This document shows positions 34,201-45,624 of a stretch of 64,000 bases of DNA, one piece after another. The notes beneath the pieces are model-generated. The model was not told the DNA's origin, made no database searches, and saw only the letters and a list, made by a program, of their open reading frames with translations. Within the stretch, counting starts at the first letter, position 1. Each line of letters begins with the position of its first letter. Location of the stretch: the NCBI GenBank assembly GCA_048013815.1, contig CM106585.1, forward strand, positions 7,812,001-7,876,000, read 5' to 3'. The DNA is from Setoptus koraiensis (lineage: Eukaryota; Animalia; Arthropoda). The position numbers and the translations under genes were made by a program.

Positions 34201-36437
34201 TCTACTGTAACGCTATTGATTATTTTTGTGGTCCGCAAGTGTGCCCTCCGCAAAAGGCGAACGATTTGCGAGAGGACATTGTCACGTTGATCAAATTCTG
34301 GCAAGGGCTACACTCTGACAAGAAATATCTTAAGGCATCCCTGATGCAGAGCGATAGCATGAGCGATCTAGGACGTGGTCCTACTCCAGTTGATCTGACA
34401 ACCACATCTCAAGATATACGCCTTAGCACCGATCTGACTAGAATAGGATGGATAAATACAATGACGATTGGTAGTAATAGTTTTTCGGCTTCATCTAAGC
34501 GATCATACTTCAAAAATCAAATTCAATGGCAGAAGAAAGAGAATGTCAATGCAGAAATCTATGTCAAGGACTATGCTAAAAGACGAAACCTAATACTCGG
34601 ACTACTCGCTGTCGAGATAGAATATTTGTTAGCTTGGATGAATCCTATGTCTTTGGGAGAGTTGCATATATTAGGAGAGGATACCATCAGCGCCTGGCGC
34701 AATCAAACACTCACTGAACGTTCGGCTAGAGAAATGGTTAGACTTGCATGGGAAATATCGCCCACACTGGCCGTCTATCTGCCTCACCGTTTTAAAAATT
34801 CCGAGGTGGTGATGAATGAGGTGTCTAGATTAGTGAAGCTATCACCCACCGCTGTCTGCCACATACCAGAGGCTCTACAATTCTTAGCTAATCCAGTGGA
34901 TATCGGAAGGGATGTGCCAGAACTGAGTCACATAGTAACTTGGGTACCCGTGCAACCTATTCTAGCATTGTCATTCTTTTCTCGTACATACCCGGCGCAT
35001 CCTCTCACAGCACAATATGCCATCAAAAGTCTTTGTTCTTATCCACCTGAAGTTGTAATGGCTTACATACCTCAACTGGTGCAAGCTGTTCGTCATGATA
35101 AAATGGGTTACGTAAGCAACTTCATCAAGACTGCAGCGCAAAGGTCTCAACTGCTCATGCATCAATTAATTTGGAATATGAGAACTAACATGTATCGAGA
35201 TGAAGAGGGAAAGGATCCCGATCCCGACTTACATGAGCCTCTCAATGATCTCATAGACAGTATGATTGGTGGTCTCTCTGGACCGGCAAAACATTTCTTT
35301 GAGAAGGAGTTCGACTTTGTTCATCGCATAACATCAATTTCTGGTGAAATTAGAGAATTTCCCAAAGGAGAACAAAGAAAAGAGGCGCTTTTGCGCGCAA
35401 TCAGGAAATTCCACATAGAACAAGGCTGCTATTTACCTTCGAGTGCACATGCCATAGTGACAGATATCGACAGAGACTGTGGTGTACCGCTTCAGAGTGC
35501 AGCCAAGGCACCATTCCTATCAAAATTCAAGGTATTGGAATGCGGAATCAACCGAGTGGAAGACCTCTGCATGAATTTCAACAACAACGGTGGCGAACTC
35601 ACTGTTGACAAGATCATGGCTAACTTCCGCGATGAGTCCTCTATGCAACGTGAGCTTTGGCAGGCTGCGATATTTAAAGTAGGAGATGACGTACGTCAGG
35701 ATATGTTGGTATTGCAGCTCATATCACTCTTTCGGAATATATTCGAAAAAGCTGGACTTGATTTGTTTTTACATCCTTATCGAGTGGTGGCCATCTCTCC
35801 GGGTTGTGGTGTTATTGAGTGCGTGCCAAATGCGAAATCCCGTGATCAATTAGGAAGGGAGACAGACGTTTCACTGTACGATTATTTCAAGAATATGTAT
35901 GGAGATACTAGCTCAAACAAATTTCAAGAGGCCAGAGCAAATTTTGTTAAAAGTATGGCCGCCTACAGTATTGTAGGATTTTTATTTCAAATCAAAGATC
36001 GTCATAATGGAAACATAATGATCGATGATTGTGGAAGAATTATACACATCGATTTCGGTTTTGTATTCGAAAGCTCGCCAGGTGGAAATTTGGGATTTGA
36101 ACCAGATATCAAACTAACTGATGAGATGGCCATGATCATGGGCGGGAACATGGAGGCTCCACCTTTCAAATGGTTCCTTCAATTGTGCGTTCAAGCATTC
36201 CTAGCCGTTAGACCATATCGTGAGGCAATTATATCTATAGTGCAATTAATGTTGGATACAAATTTACCGTGTTTCAGGGGGCAAACAATCAAGTTACTGA
36301 GAGCACGTTTTGCGCCAAATTGTAACGATAAGGAGGCCACCAACTATATTCTGAAGATTATACGTGATTCATTTTTGAATTTCCGCACGCGTACATACGA
36401 TATTATCCAATATTATCAAAACCAAATTCCGTATTAG
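31203..36437 (+). CDS. PI4KA: Phosphatidylinositol 4-kinase III alpha, single-exon ORF (1744 aa)
   Basis: LRDFLLMPSPIMSKL, PKPRLHKLFRDFWLYCVVMGF, a PIK helical domain (YIPQLVQAVRHD, HQLIWNMRTN), and catalytic PLQSAAKAPF, IFKVGDDVRQD, KDRHNGNIM, HIDFGF, FESSPGGNLGFE. Ends YDIIQYYQNQIPY. Confidence 0.98.
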   Translation: MDQLYHSCLAKCLASTGSNQDQQGRSKLDISTAQVDTIDRLGQQLVEAGLSLNDDFSPDSLYLRLSERLNSSHGVKLSSNQLPLILTCLEGLGRLSQLENKLADVCVSSLRDFLLMPSPIMSKLHRISTEQYQEIQNAPSVTASSHDSGNVSLTLSSIEPNGDTNVATAKNSAKVRKLAATSFESLRIEATKNLAICLRVRSKMDQHCIQAFIASVSNRLYQAEKSQFESSLISINTILTLGSVATTLSDVPKTMESILQFFHQRFCRPPSSIDSLIVEQLGRMMLVPSKDHAIFDEIMKMFATITIQSSSAYGMGTKSDEPHQGYRHVSLAVINALSLVAANLNDETVQQEFLVKLLELFVQLGLEGKKASEKTSVPIRASSSAGSLGILIPVIAKLVRRIPNITDPKPRLHKLFRDFWLYCVVMGFTCETSLWPKEWLEGVKEIASKSPLLNSREHLRSELQYNTAIRNDAASTDELQEVRNQILNDLDNHPDVTAMISKLSFSQCTYLMSVYRMESFRIENQSKSDFSFQAMLQYLEDPTIQKDKDGIRQCIFCIADKIFRVYLDVISRKARNKKRDIELEELAILLLVKFNHPQKQIRRLADKYLSGLVDKFPHMLWSGRVIVTMLDILKVLGKSMQLGANESSPELPIPNTNYTIQLTDTAEARESIVRDFAAHCQRIIQEAVKWAPKTTKTHLIEYITDSERIQLNQGQHPGLALAIESINHHPNTNNLSPTSTLTDKWPNCMKSDCSEFVTSVSVRSRYKGLVCGMIALLKKQDSDGDQDVYSQLGTLFINQLAESCKNLDIEIHRDAICKVTALLIASSGCNQKLLHALCWAPLDYFTSRSMQIIVSCWDWLLAARNDLELEFVQEMVSAWNGTIDRKLGMFAKEPVMGDPLATSDGQRLKPDQPPIGAHHIWLKFASERIETAKYSNIDLIDIFVDMLHRSLPMEVGNLKAASRHMVTIGSRFRLLQCSLSLIQGDALPKSVSKTVLRERIYCNAIDYFCGPQVCPPQKANDLREDIVTLIKFWQGLHSDKKYLKASLMQSDSMSDLGRGPTPVDLTTTSQDIRLSTDLTRIGWINTMTIGSNSFSASSKRSYFKNQIQWQKKENVNAEIYVKDYAKRRNLILGLLAVEIEYLLAWMNPMSLGELHILGEDTISAWRNQTLTERSAREMVRLAWEISPTLAVYLPHRFKNSEVVMNEVSRLVKLSPTAVCHIPEALQFLANPVDIGRDVPELSHIVTWVPVQPILALSFFSRTYPAHPLTAQYAIKSLCSYPPEVVMAYIPQLVQAVRHDKMGYVSNFIKTAAQRSQLLMHQLIWNMRTNMYRDEEGKDPDPDLHEPLNDLIDSMIGGLSGPAKHFFEKEFDFVHRITSISGEIREFPKGEQRKEALLRAIRKFHIEQGCYLPSSAHAIVTDIDRDCGVPLQSAAKAPFLSKFKVLECGINRVEDLCMNFNNNGGELTVDKIMANFRDESSMQRELWQAAIFKVGDDVRQDMLVLQLISLFRNIFEKAGLDLFLHPYRVVAISPGCGVIECVPNAKSRDQLGRETDVSLYDYFKNMYGDTSSNKFQEARANFVKSMAAYSIVGFLFQIKDRHNGNIMIDDCGRIIHIDFGFVFESSPGGNLGFEPDIKLTDEMAMIMGGNMEAPPFKWFLQLCVQAFLAVRPYREAIISIVQLMLDTNLPCFRGQTIKLLRARFAPNCNDKEATNYILKIIRDSFLNFRTRTYDIIQYYQNQIPY

Positions 36438-36714
36438 TGATCACTCAAATGGACTCTTTCCCTGTGAAAAAGAGTAGGTTATATGTTTGTTAGTTGAATT
36501 GATTTAATAAGTTTTAACCTTATCGGTTGATGAATTTTAATAATTGTTATCACACAATAAAGGAGCCTCGTCAATTTAGGTGTTTTGACAAAGCGGGGTT
36601 AGTGATCTTTAATTTATGCTTCCTTTGACACTGGGCCTATCATGTGAATCAAGACGAGTAACACGAAAGCAACTCAGGTTTCAACTGTTTCTTTGATTTC
36701 TGTACTTACATTTT

Positions 36715-37293
36715 CTAGGGTATGTCTCTGCCGTCCTTATTAATCAGTTTCTTTCTTTTTCTCTCGAGATATCTTGTCAGCTTGCCTGAACTCTTGAGTT
36801 CCTTGAATTTTTCAACCATATTCATCTTTTTCACTTCTGTTTTGCTGAGGAATACTCTTTTAGGCTGAGTTTTTTCATTGCCATCAAATAGTAGCTGCCT
36901 CTTTTCTTTTTTAAGCTTCTCTATTCTCTCTTCCCTGAGCTTGTTCTCCGTCTCGGTAACCTGCTGATTTTTCAATCTACTAATTATAGATTTTATCTGA
37001 TGCTTCCTCGTTTTATCTTTTTCTTTCTTGAGCATATGTTCCAGTTCATGTAGTTCTTTCTTCTTCAGGTCATCAACGAAAGTGTATGTTGTAGAAAATA
37101 TCTTACTATTAAAAGTGCCACACCGTTTGTCAAACCTAGGATCGCGAGCTCTGAAGCCCATCGGTTTTATTGCAGGCTTTGACGAGACTGGTCTCTTTGC
37201 GATGGGCATCTCCTCCGGCGGTGCATCATCGTCATGATTATCGTTACGATGCTTTTTATTATTATGACTAGGCTGTTTCCTTATATTCAGCAT
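36715..37293 (-). CDS. RRP36: Ribosomal RNA processing protein 36
   Basis: RDPRFD motif, F...YTFVDDLKKKEL, and a C-terminal FKELKSSGKLTRYLERKRKK typical of DUF947/RRP36. Confidence 0.9.
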   Translation of the reverse strand: MLNIRKQPSHNNKKHRNDNHDDDAPPEEMPIAKRPVSSKPAIKPMGFRARDPRFDKRCGTFNSKIFSTTYTFVDDLKKKELHELEHMLKKEKDKTRKHQIKSIISRLKNQQVTETENKLREERIEKLKKEKRQLLFDGNEKTQPKRVFLSKTEVKKMNMVEKFKELKSSGKLTRYLERKRKKLINKDGRDIP

Positions 37294-37867
37294 TTTATTA
37301 TTTGATTTACCACTAAACTAGGGATACCACGACCCTAACGATTGGATAGGCATTGATGGGCGATTTGCAATTTCCAACTAGGACGGAAAGGCATTGTGAA
37401 CACGCTTTTATGCTTTTGTGTCCCATCAATGCTCGAACTGGCTCTATGTTCACGACGTGCGGGCAGTCTTCTCGTGGCGCGAGTTCTGAAATACATTGGA
37501 ACGACAAAGAGTGAATGACCTCATGCGAGTGAAAATAAACAGGTAATGGTCAATATGAGAAAATCAATAACTCAACACACATTTGTCGATTTCTAAACAA
37601 CACCCCACTCAGGCTTCTTATTATTAGAAACCATGCATCAACCGGATTATTGTTTTTCAGGGACATCAAAATAAGCAAGACACAATGGTTAATGCCATTA
37701 CTGAATATTAATTGTTTTAACATATTAGATTACTAGCAATCATGATGACCGTTGTCGTGGTTGATGACACCGTGATCACTTTCAAGCTTGAAGCACTTGG
37801 CATATAGAGCAGAGTGGATCTCAGGAACTAATTTACTCAAAACTTTCAACATCAATACAGTACAGGA

Positions 37868-40800
37868 ATGAAACTTCTCAAGTTTTACTGCCACCTGTTG
37901 GCTAACCATCCATTGAGGATCATCTTCGTTAGCCTCACTCTGATATTAACTTTATTCTTATATACCATTCATCATCATCCGTTGCCATCCTTCAAAGATC
38001 CCTTGGTTGGGTTTGAGGCTAGAAAAACAGTTATATCTACGCGTACAAATACTTACAAGTTGCTATTGGAGGACACTGTTAAGTTCAATATTTCCGATTC
38101 GGATCTTGACCCTCACTCATTCGCCAAAACAATTCCACCCTATGTAGATCCGTTGACCTCACCTGTTTTGACAGAGACACGAGCGGATCAAAATACCAAA
38201 AGAACTCAGTCGTCATATATCAAGTACAACACAAGCCATGCACCTTATAGACCTCCCACTGATGATACTACCAACAACGAAGGCGATAATGCTGAAGACG
38301 ATTCTACTGAGTCCGACTCTAGCGCTGGTCAATTGATACACTATTCTATCGGACAATCAATATTTTGTGGTAAACTATTTGATGATTACGCCCAAGTTGT
38401 AATCGAGTCAACAGATGATGATGGTAGTAACTCAATCAATGATAACTCTACCGAAAATTTATTCACATTAGAATCACTTTTGTCAATTTGTAATATTGAT
38501 AAAAAGCTAAGATTGGAGGTAAAAGATCAGCCCGCACACCTGTTCCAGAGAGATTGTGAACGATACAAGATTGATGGCACCAACTCCAGTGTGTGTTGTA
38601 AATCTTGGTCAGTTCCGAACTATGTGACATGCTTGGCCAACAAATCATCTTGTTTCGACATTGACCAGAGCGACCTGGATATGATGAATCGTCTCCTTAA
38701 ATTATGTGCGCCTTTCTTCAATAATTGGCCCCTAGATGGATGCCATCTTAATACTTCCAAGTCCGAATGTGACTCGATCCCAAACGAATGCATACGTTGT
38801 GATAATTGGATATTCTCCATGCTGAACTATCTTGTAGATGTAGACTTCATAACAACGTCTTATACTCAGAGTAGCAATACACAATATAACGTGATCACAT
38901 CAAATATTTCTGTCAATCAACTACGCTTGACAAACATCTTTCTACCTATAGCAAAAACACCAAATCTTCTTCATTATTACAATGCTATATCACATATTGA
39001 TCTCAAGGAGGAAAAGACTGCCAGAATCGCTGCAATGAACCTAGGACTGAAGAATTCAATATTTGACTCTTTGATTGCAAAAGATACGAAATTCTTTGTG
39101 CTAGCTTTAATGATAAATCTTATCATAATTACTATTTATTCCGGATCTTTCATGATATCCATCGCCACAATGTGCATAATCTGCTTGTCGTTGTGTTTAT
39201 CTTATATCATTTATAACGCAATCGGAATGCCAATATTTCCATTTATGAACTTATTAGCAGTTATTATATCGTCAGGAATATGTCCGGATAATGCCATGCT
39301 GTTTTGTAAGCCATGGAGAAGATTGAAAACCGATGACATTAATTCAAATCTTGAACCTAGATACGCCAAGTCTATTAGAGATACATTTATCGCTAGTCCG
39401 GCGACGACTATTGCTTTATCTGCCAGTTATATATCTAATGTGGTTGCAATCAAATGTTTTTGTGTATTTGCTATGTTGTCAGTATTGACTAATTATCTTT
39501 TGATTGTGACATTGTTGCCCCCAGTTTTGATTATAGAAAGAAAACACGAGGTGAAAATCAAGAGACTATTAGGAGAGATCTCAGTTGGAAAAACAAACCT
39601 ATTTGATCTTATGAGTACAATATTTGTTAACATCAAGGCCAACTTACATGGAGATTACATCTACCTTATTGTAGTTAAGTTCAGGAAAACACTAATTATA
39701 CTATTTTCACTTACATATCTAATATCAACTGTGATAGTTCTATATTATCCACGATTCTCTCCACCAGACAATGATGAATTTCAGTTATTATCCTCAGATC
39801 ATCCATTTGAGCAATTCGATCTAGACTACAAAAGACATTTCTGGTATGAAATACTCAAAACAAAAGATTACAATGGCCAACACGATTACTTCACATTGCC
39901 GATAAGAATAGTGTTTGGAGTTCAACCGATTGACAATGGAAATGTTTTAGATCCAAACAAAAGAGGAACCCTGACTTATGACAACAATTTCGACATGAGC
40001 GACAATGAGACACAGATTTGGATGTTGCAATTTTGTTCCGAACTAAGACAAAAGTTTGTCACTCCACTTATAGGATCATCACTGAATGGATGCTTCATAG
40101 AGTCTTTTAAATCTTGGATGGAGGGACGGCCTTGTGTGGACACCGCAACCGATTCTGACAGGTTTCCATGTTGCAAAGATTCTCCTTTCCCATTCGATAA
40201 GAATACATTCAACAAGTGCCTTGAAGACTATCTGGATTTGGTACATAGAAACATGTACGCCCCGCAAAACGAGGCTGGACCAAGATATGCCAAACATAAT
40301 AACAGATTGGCGGCTGTCATTGTAGAATATTATTCCAATCAGTCTTTTACGAATTCTTATGTGAAAATGAACAAATTCTGGACAGAGGTCAATGATTGGG
40401 CAACACAATTACTTGAGAAAACAGCCCCGGCTAGTTTAAAATCAGCATGGTTCACCAGTGACTATCTAGAGTTATTTGCTCTACAAGAAGAGTTGATGCA
40501 AGGTACAATTAGCACTATTATCTTGGAGATATTTTCCGCCATAATTGCCCTTTACGTCGGAACCGGAAATCTTTCGCTTTGTATTGTAGGTTCGATAACC
40601 ATGTCTGCTATCATGACAACAAGCGTGGCTATATTGATAATGATCGGTTGGACATTGAATATTGTCGAAAGCATTTGCATTTCTTTGGCCACCGGACTCT
40701 CTGTTGATTTTGCACTTCATTATACAGTCTCATACAAGCATTCATTTCAGGTTAGTATCTATATGCAAAACACTTGCGTTTATTTTGATTCTTGTTATCC

Positions 40801-41188
40801 ATTATTACAATATCTAATCAACTATTTTTCTCGTATCTAGCAACTAACACAAACGAGAGACATAACAATTTACCAAGTTATAAAACATGTCGGAAGTCCC
40901 ATAGCGCTGGCTACAATAACTACCCTTGTGGCTGGATTCACTATTTTGTGGTCAAACATTTTAGCCTATCAACAGATAGGTAAATTTCTCATTATTATCT
41001 CGTTGACAAGTTGGACAATTTCCACGTTTCTTCTATTGCCGCTTCTGTGTGTGATGGGCCCAACACATGACCAAGAAAAAATCACAATCAACTGCTGGCT
41101 TGAGATGACAAAAAGGAAGTGTTTCGAAGTTTGTGACAAGTGTAAATCTATTTTACACCCAACAAACACAGAGAGTTCTAAGTGTTGA
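37868..41188 (+). CDS. disp: Dispatched (RND/SSD Hedgehog exporter); exons 37868-40750 and 40841-41188 (~1076 aa)
   Basis: PSFKDPLVGFEARKT, PFMNLLAVII, FQLLSSDHPFEQFD, PIRIVFGVQPIDNGNVLDP, CFIESFKSWM, GWTLNIVESICISLATGLSVDFALHY. A phase-0 GTTAGT...TAG intron (40751-40840) continues into HVGSPIALATITTLVAG...LAYQQIGKF. Confidence 0.93.
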
Positions 41189-41655
41189 ACATTACCATAC
41201 GTCCCAGTGTATCTGCATCAAACCTTGTCTACCGACAATATATAGCAATAAACTGTGGGCTTGCATGCTACACTCAGAGTTCAAAAATTTTTTCTAAAGA
41301 TATTATTTCCAATTAGCCAAGTGTCCGTTCATTGCTCGAGTGATTGAGGTCGGGTATTCATGAATTTATCATCATCAGCATTTCGTTATTTACAATCGGT
41401 TTCGCCAACTTTAAACTGCTCACAAAAACTTCTCCGTTTCCTCGCATCATTGTTACACTGTACATGTGTAATGCAGCGATCGAGTTTTCAATCAGTCCAC
41501 AACTGAAGATGACGATCGGCATGTGCTGACGCATTGACATTGCACGTGTAACGACACATCAATCGATCCAATCGATTCAATGTGACACACCTAACAGTTG
41601 TGATATATTGAAATGTTATACATTTATTAGATTTTTTCAATTTACACACTTGACT

Positions 41656-43698
41656 ATGCCGTCCATGGATCCAAGTTTTGACGACGCCTGGAAGTCAGAG
41701 GAAGAGATTCAATTGGCCGAAATATTAGCATTCTACGACGAATGGTTAGCCGCGGAGCTAGATTCTTTCGAACAAAAGACAACAGAACTAGAATGGAAAG
41801 AGATAATTGATGGATATTTCGTCGACTATGTTGTGAAGATAAAACTGCAATCGGATAAATCATTATTTGCTCAAACCATTGACAGCTTTACCGAGTTGGA
41901 GCTGTCTGAAAGCGACGATCGAGGCACCCAAATATGGTCGGCCAGAGGTCGGATTCATTATGACAACTACGTTGACTCCCAATCAAACAACTGCCTGCAA
42001 ATCAGAATCTCAAATAAACAAGGGCAAAACAAGACTTGGAATCACATCGAGCGTAAGCCAACTGTTGGCCTTTTCAAAATTGCGAATGCGAAATATTTTA
42101 AAAGCAAAATCGATATCATCACTGACGGACTCAAACGGATTGCCAACGACTATCTACTTCGGTCGGCCATTCTCGCTAAAGAAAGGGAATATACTAATTT
42201 TGAAAATAGTAACATCCTAGAATGTGTGTCACTAAATACTAAGTTGACGCTGGAGGATAGTGATGACGCCCGGCTGAATGAGAGCCAAATAGAGGCCATC
42301 AATAATGCTCTATGCAGCCGAATTAGTTTGATAATGGGACCACCAGGTACAGGGAAAACATTCACTTCGGCAGAATTGGCATTACAACTTTTCAGAACAA
42401 GACTCTCTATTGATTCCAAGATACTTATTTGCGCTTCTAGTAATGTAGCCGTCGATATTATAGCCGACAACATATATGAATTGGGCAAACTGAGAATGGT
42501 GAGATTGAGTTCAGAGTTCAATATAAGAAAACAGGATGGAAACTGTAAGCCGTACTACCTAAATCGCCGAGTTGATTACGAGGTCATGGTCTATTATCGC
42601 AACCAATGCTCATCAGAGGACCTAGAATATGAGAGGCGAAAAATGAGGAGATACAGGAAAAAGTTCGAGAAAAAGATACTGAGTGAAGCTCAAGTGATCT
42701 GCTGCACATGCAATAGTATCCCTAAGCTGATGACATACGGCTCTTATTTGTTTGATTCCATAATTGTTGACGAGTGTAGCCAGATAAGTGTCCCGGATGG
42801 TATGTTACTCTTACAGTTTCTGCCAAGGCGCTTAGTGCTGGTTGGGGACGACAACCAATTGGGACCGGTTATAAAGGAAACGCTGAAAAAGAAATATAAT
42901 TGCGCAAATACTGTCCTATATAACAAACTTAAAGGTGTCGGTTTCAAGCCTGTGATGCTAAACGTTCAATACCGTATGCACCCGGAGATAGTGAAATTTC
43001 CTAACAGTCACTTCTATGGCGGAAAAATACAAAACGGCATTCAGGCAAGCGACCGTCGATGGACGGGTAACCAAGGCGGAAGTCCGTTTCCCATTTCTGG
43101 CACACCAATTTATTTCCATTGTCACAATTTTGAGGAGAGTTGTAGAGCTGATTCCACATCCTGGATCAACGAAGGAGAGATAAATATTGCTATCAGCACA
43201 GTTGCAGTGCTATTATCTAGGGGAATAGAACGAAATAAAATTGGTGTGATTACGCCATACAAAGATCAAAGCGAGTGCTTAAGAGAAAAACTGTCTTGCG
43301 GTGGAAATTTTATGCTCAGACAATCGCCGGAGCATTCTATTGAAGTGGACACTGTCGATGCCTACCAGGGTCGTGACAAAGATTATATAATTGTGTCATT
43401 GGTCAGATCAAAGGATTGCACTGGCTTCATAGCCGATGGCAAGCGACTGAACGTGACGCTAACTCGAGCAAAATATGGCTTAATCATAATCGGAAATGCA
43501 CTAGCTTTATCCAGGAATCCTTTATTGGATGTATTGATTCAGAACTTCTCCAAAAGAGACCTCTTGTATTCAGGTATTCTATCAGAGAAATCTCAACCTG
43601 TTACATTGAACAAACTCTTTATCAGAAAACAGCGCATGATTATGTGGAAGAGCTCTCAAATGAGAGTTCTCAGAACTAGATTACTGTGCGTAAAGTGA
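41656..43698 (+). CDS. UPF1-derived SF1B helicase lacking the CH domain and SQ tail (~680 aa)
   Basis: LNESQ, GPPGTGKT, SNVAVD, VICCTC, DECSQ, LVGDDNQLGP, QYRMHP, IGVITPY, VDAYQGRDKD and RLNVTLTRAKYG are colinear with UPF1. The 1B-like region precedes the RecA core. First ATG at 41656. Confidence 0.9.
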   Translation: MPSMDPSFDDAWKSEEEIQLAEILAFYDEWLAAELDSFEQKTTELEWKEIIDGYFVDYVVKIKLQSDKSLFAQTIDSFTELELSESDDRGTQIWSARGRIHYDNYVDSQSNNCLQIRISNKQGQNKTWNHIERKPTVGLFKIANAKYFKSKIDIITDGLKRIANDYLLRSAILAKEREYTNFENSNILECVSLNTKLTLEDSDDARLNESQIEAINNALCSRISLIMGPPGTGKTFTSAELALQLFRTRLSIDSKILICASSNVAVDIIADNIYELGKLRMVRLSSEFNIRKQDGNCKPYYLNRRVDYEVMVYYRNQCSSEDLEYERRKMRRYRKKFEKKILSEAQVICCTCNSIPKLMTYGSYLFDSIIVDECSQISVPDGMLLLQFLPRRLVLVGDDNQLGPVIKETLKKKYNCANTVLYNKLKGVGFKPVMLNVQYRMHPEIVKFPNSHFYGGKIQNGIQASDRRWTGNQGGSPFPISGTPIYFHCHNFEESCRADSTSWINEGEINIAISTVAVLLSRGIERNKIGVITPYKDQSECLREKLSCGGNFMLRQSPEHSIEVDTVDAYQGRDKDYIIVSLVRSKDCTGFIADGKRLNVTLTRAKYGLIIIGNALALSRNPLLDVLIQNFSKRDLLYSGILSEKSQPVTLNKLFIRKQRMIMWKSSQMRVLRTRLLCVK

Positions 43699-43949
43699 AT
43701 TAGCAAATCTTTTTTTTTTGACAATAAACTCACGACACCGTGTATATTGTACACAAAGCGAATCGATTGACTGGGGCTTCGAATATTAAACTATATCATC
43801 GTAATGAGTCTCTAATCTTTATTGATCGCAAAGGGTTTCTTTTCTTGATTATTTTAGAATCGGCGTTGGGGGGGAGGGGGAAAGATGTAGACGACACGGA
43901 GTCGCGACACTTCGGCGCCGATTCTGAGACAGCGGGTTTCATGCTATCA

Positions 43950-44280
43950 TCGGACGAGCTGTTGACACTTGTGGATGGAGGTTTATGGAAGAATACAAAT
44001 CATTGTCCCAATTGTGAGAAGATCTTCCGCTGTCCCGCATCATCTTAGCAAATGCATAAGCTTTATCTAGGAATACATCATTAGATGTATTGATCCAGAA
44101 GTTCTCCAGAAGAGACCTTATGTGTTCAGGTATCCTAACAGAGGAATCTCTACCTGTTACAGTGAACAAATTTCTGATTAGGAAATTGCGCATGAACATA
44201 GGTAGAGTTCCCAGTGTTAGCTTCGAGTAAGCCCAGTCTAGAGAGATCCTATAAATAAAGTGAGATGGATCAACATCTGG
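43950..44280 (+). pseudogene. Degenerate 3' fragment of a UPF1-like helicase paralog (relic 1)
   Basis: 44049-44200 aligns with 43495-43650 and reads ANA*ALSRNTSLDVLIQKFSRRDLMCSGILTEES with a stop. 44240-44278 matches the stop region of the second helicase (48340-48378). Confidence 0.85.
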
Positions 44281-44299
44281 CGCTTTCTAAGTTATCTGG

Positions 44300-44780
44300 C
44301 GGGCAGTTTTATTGACGACGTTGCGTTGCTCATTCCTTTGCAGGTCATTCAAATCAGTTGCCGACTAGCACCCCATAATCCCTCACGCCTTACTTGTTGC
44401 GGCGACGAAAACGATCTCATCAAAAACCGATTGAGTCGCATAGAAACTGATAGAGAGACAATCGTACTCAATGAACTGGGCAAACTTATGTATCAAGTTC
44501 ATTGTGTCGCATCGGAGATGCCGTAGATGTGGACACTGGTGACGCTTCCCGGAATTGTGAAAAAAAAACAATATCGTCCTGTCGTGCCCTTGATCCAACT
44601 GATTTTATCACAAATCGAAGCAACCTAAATGTTTTGCTAATTCGAGCCAAGTGCGCTCTCATTGTCCTTGGCGACGCGGTGGCCTTATTCAAAAATCTAT
44701 TACTATAAACATGCATGTTGGTCAACGATTGCTCTACGAGAGGCTCGTTGCTAGGAGACTTCACAGATAAACTATTTCCA
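44300..44780 (+). pseudogene. Degenerate 3' fragment of a UPF1-like helicase paralog (relic 2)
   Basis: Frameshifted peptides DLIKNRL, VDVDTGDA, FITNRSNLNVLLIRAKCALIVLGDAVAL and VNDCSTRGSLLGDF correspond to NLIKNRL, IEVDTVDA, RLNVTLTRAKYGLVIIGNALAL and IKDCSSRGLLYSDF. Confidence 0.8.
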
Positions 44781-45624
44781 GCTTACGGCACGAACACCCA
44801 TTGGAATCATATCTCGACGGTAAATTCTAGTTAATCCGATTCACATTTTAACTTGTTGCTACCGTTTCATATTTGTTTTTATTTCATTACAATCAAAATC
44901 TGCCGTGTTATCGTTGTGGTCTGATTCGTTTGCAATTGACGAATTGCAACATGACGCCACACGTTTGCATTGAAAAGTCGATGATATTTCTGTTCAAAGT
45001 TCCAACTTGAGACACAATTATTTTCACACAATCCAAAATCATCTTGTTGTCGCCGTTGCTCTCCTTTCTGTCACTATTACAATGTTAGACTGCCGATTGA
45101 AGTTCACGTGTTTACAAGCAGCATTAGTTTTTCGACGCTCTGAAATGAAGCCCTTGTGAGACGCCAGCCCGAATCGTCGGGCTATTGCGCCAAGTTTTTG
45201 GTTGTTTTCGTTTGGTCGTAAGCCGACATGTTGAACTAACACTGGCTTGTCGCGATGCAAGCGTCGCATTCGTGATCGGTTGGATTACTCTCGAATATAT
45301 GATGAAGACTAACAAATAAAGAGGCATTTGTGTCGGGGGAAGGCAAAAAGCACTCTAATAATCTGTAGTTCAACATTGAGCGCATATCAATTTACATTGT
45401 ACCCCCCGCAGAGACAAAAGCTTGTAAGAGCGAAACAATCCTTTTTTCCTCTACTCACAAGTCAGCATTATGAGTCATGTTCACATAATATCCTTGTATT
45501 TGTAGTCTATAGTCACACGGTTGATTACATAAGAACAATCTAAACAAAGTCGTCTATTAATCCCTGTTAATTAAGCAAATTTTCAGTTTTTTTAAACTCA
45601 GTCTTGTTACACTCAACTATTAAC

